A stretch of 63,323 nt of DNA, the filler included, from Octopus bimaculoides (lineage: Eukaryota): NCBI RefSeq assembly GCF_001194135.2. It is 3 parts of 3 records of this genome, joined end to end, with 100 filler letters (N's around TTAATTAATTAA, not from the genome) between each part and the next. Parts side by side here need not be neighbours in the genome. Positions count along the whole stretch, not along the records: positions 59,024 to 63,323 come from NC_069009.1; 2 more parts are not named here. One strand, written 5' to 3'. Of this stretch, positions 62,800-63,323 are shown piece after piece (the first letter of the stretch is position 1; each line of letters opens with the position of its first letter). The position numbers and the translations under genes were made by a program. The notes below the pieces were generated by a model, which saw only the letters and a program-made list of their open reading frames with translations, was not told the DNA's origin and ran no database searches.

Positions 62800-63323
62800 T
62801 TAAATCCTACACACACACACGAAACAAAGCACACACACACACACACACACACATACATACACACACGTGCACACTGCAAAACACATGTGCACAGACAAAC
62901 ACCAAACCGTACAGACCTGCAAAACCAGACACACACATACACACAAGTACACACACACACGTGCATTCACACACGCACACATAAACATACACACATACAT
63001 ACAAGAACACAGAAACACAACACACACACACATATAAGCACAGAACACACATACACAAACACACACATAAGCACACAACATACAAACACACACACGCACA
63101 TACGCACACAACCTCACATGCACACACAGCCACACATGCACACACACAGCCACACATGCACACAGCCACACATGTACACACACATGCACACACACAGCCA
63201 CACATGTACACACACAGCCACACATGCACACACATGCACACACAGCCACACATGTACACACACAGCCACAAATGTACACACACATGCACACACACAGCCA
63301 CACATGTACACACACAGCCACAC
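62800..63323. repeat. (CA)n-derived satellite with recurring cacacacagccacacatg units
   Basis: Degenerate CA tract that becomes regular 18-30 bp units from about 63115. Confidence 0.9.

Overview
AT-rich, microsatellite-dense, gapped eukaryotic (animal) sequence. The repeat content resembles coleoid cephalopod (octopus) DNA; this is inferred from recalled repeat families, not from a search. The window is three segments (1-29792, 29893-58923, 59024-63323) joined by artificial 44N-TTAATTAATTAA-44N linkers, so adjacency across the linkers is not established. Most of it is non-coding. It holds four SINE-like families (labelled A-D here) and fossils of Tigger/pogo, mariner, maT-like, Tc1, L1/Tx1, CR1, Penelope, Gypsy, hAT-MITE and Helitron-like elements. 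No intact gene is recognisable, and almost all ORF-track entries are microsatellite or N artefacts. Main unexplained signals: (1) six minimal type-I hammerhead-ribozyme folds plus two partial ones, each in a different short repeat, several in (TA)n/(AAT)n tracts, two inside inverted terminal duplications, and several with non-canonical cores; (2) two phase-compatible minus-strand exons encoding a C-terminus that ends in a CaaX-like CVVF; (3) a 44-bp palindromic minisatellite; (4) a CpG-retaining patch at about 6-7 kb carrying a candidate four-exon small ORF. Repeat boundaries are approximate (tens of bases). Ribozyme, splice-site and linker coordinates were counted by hand.
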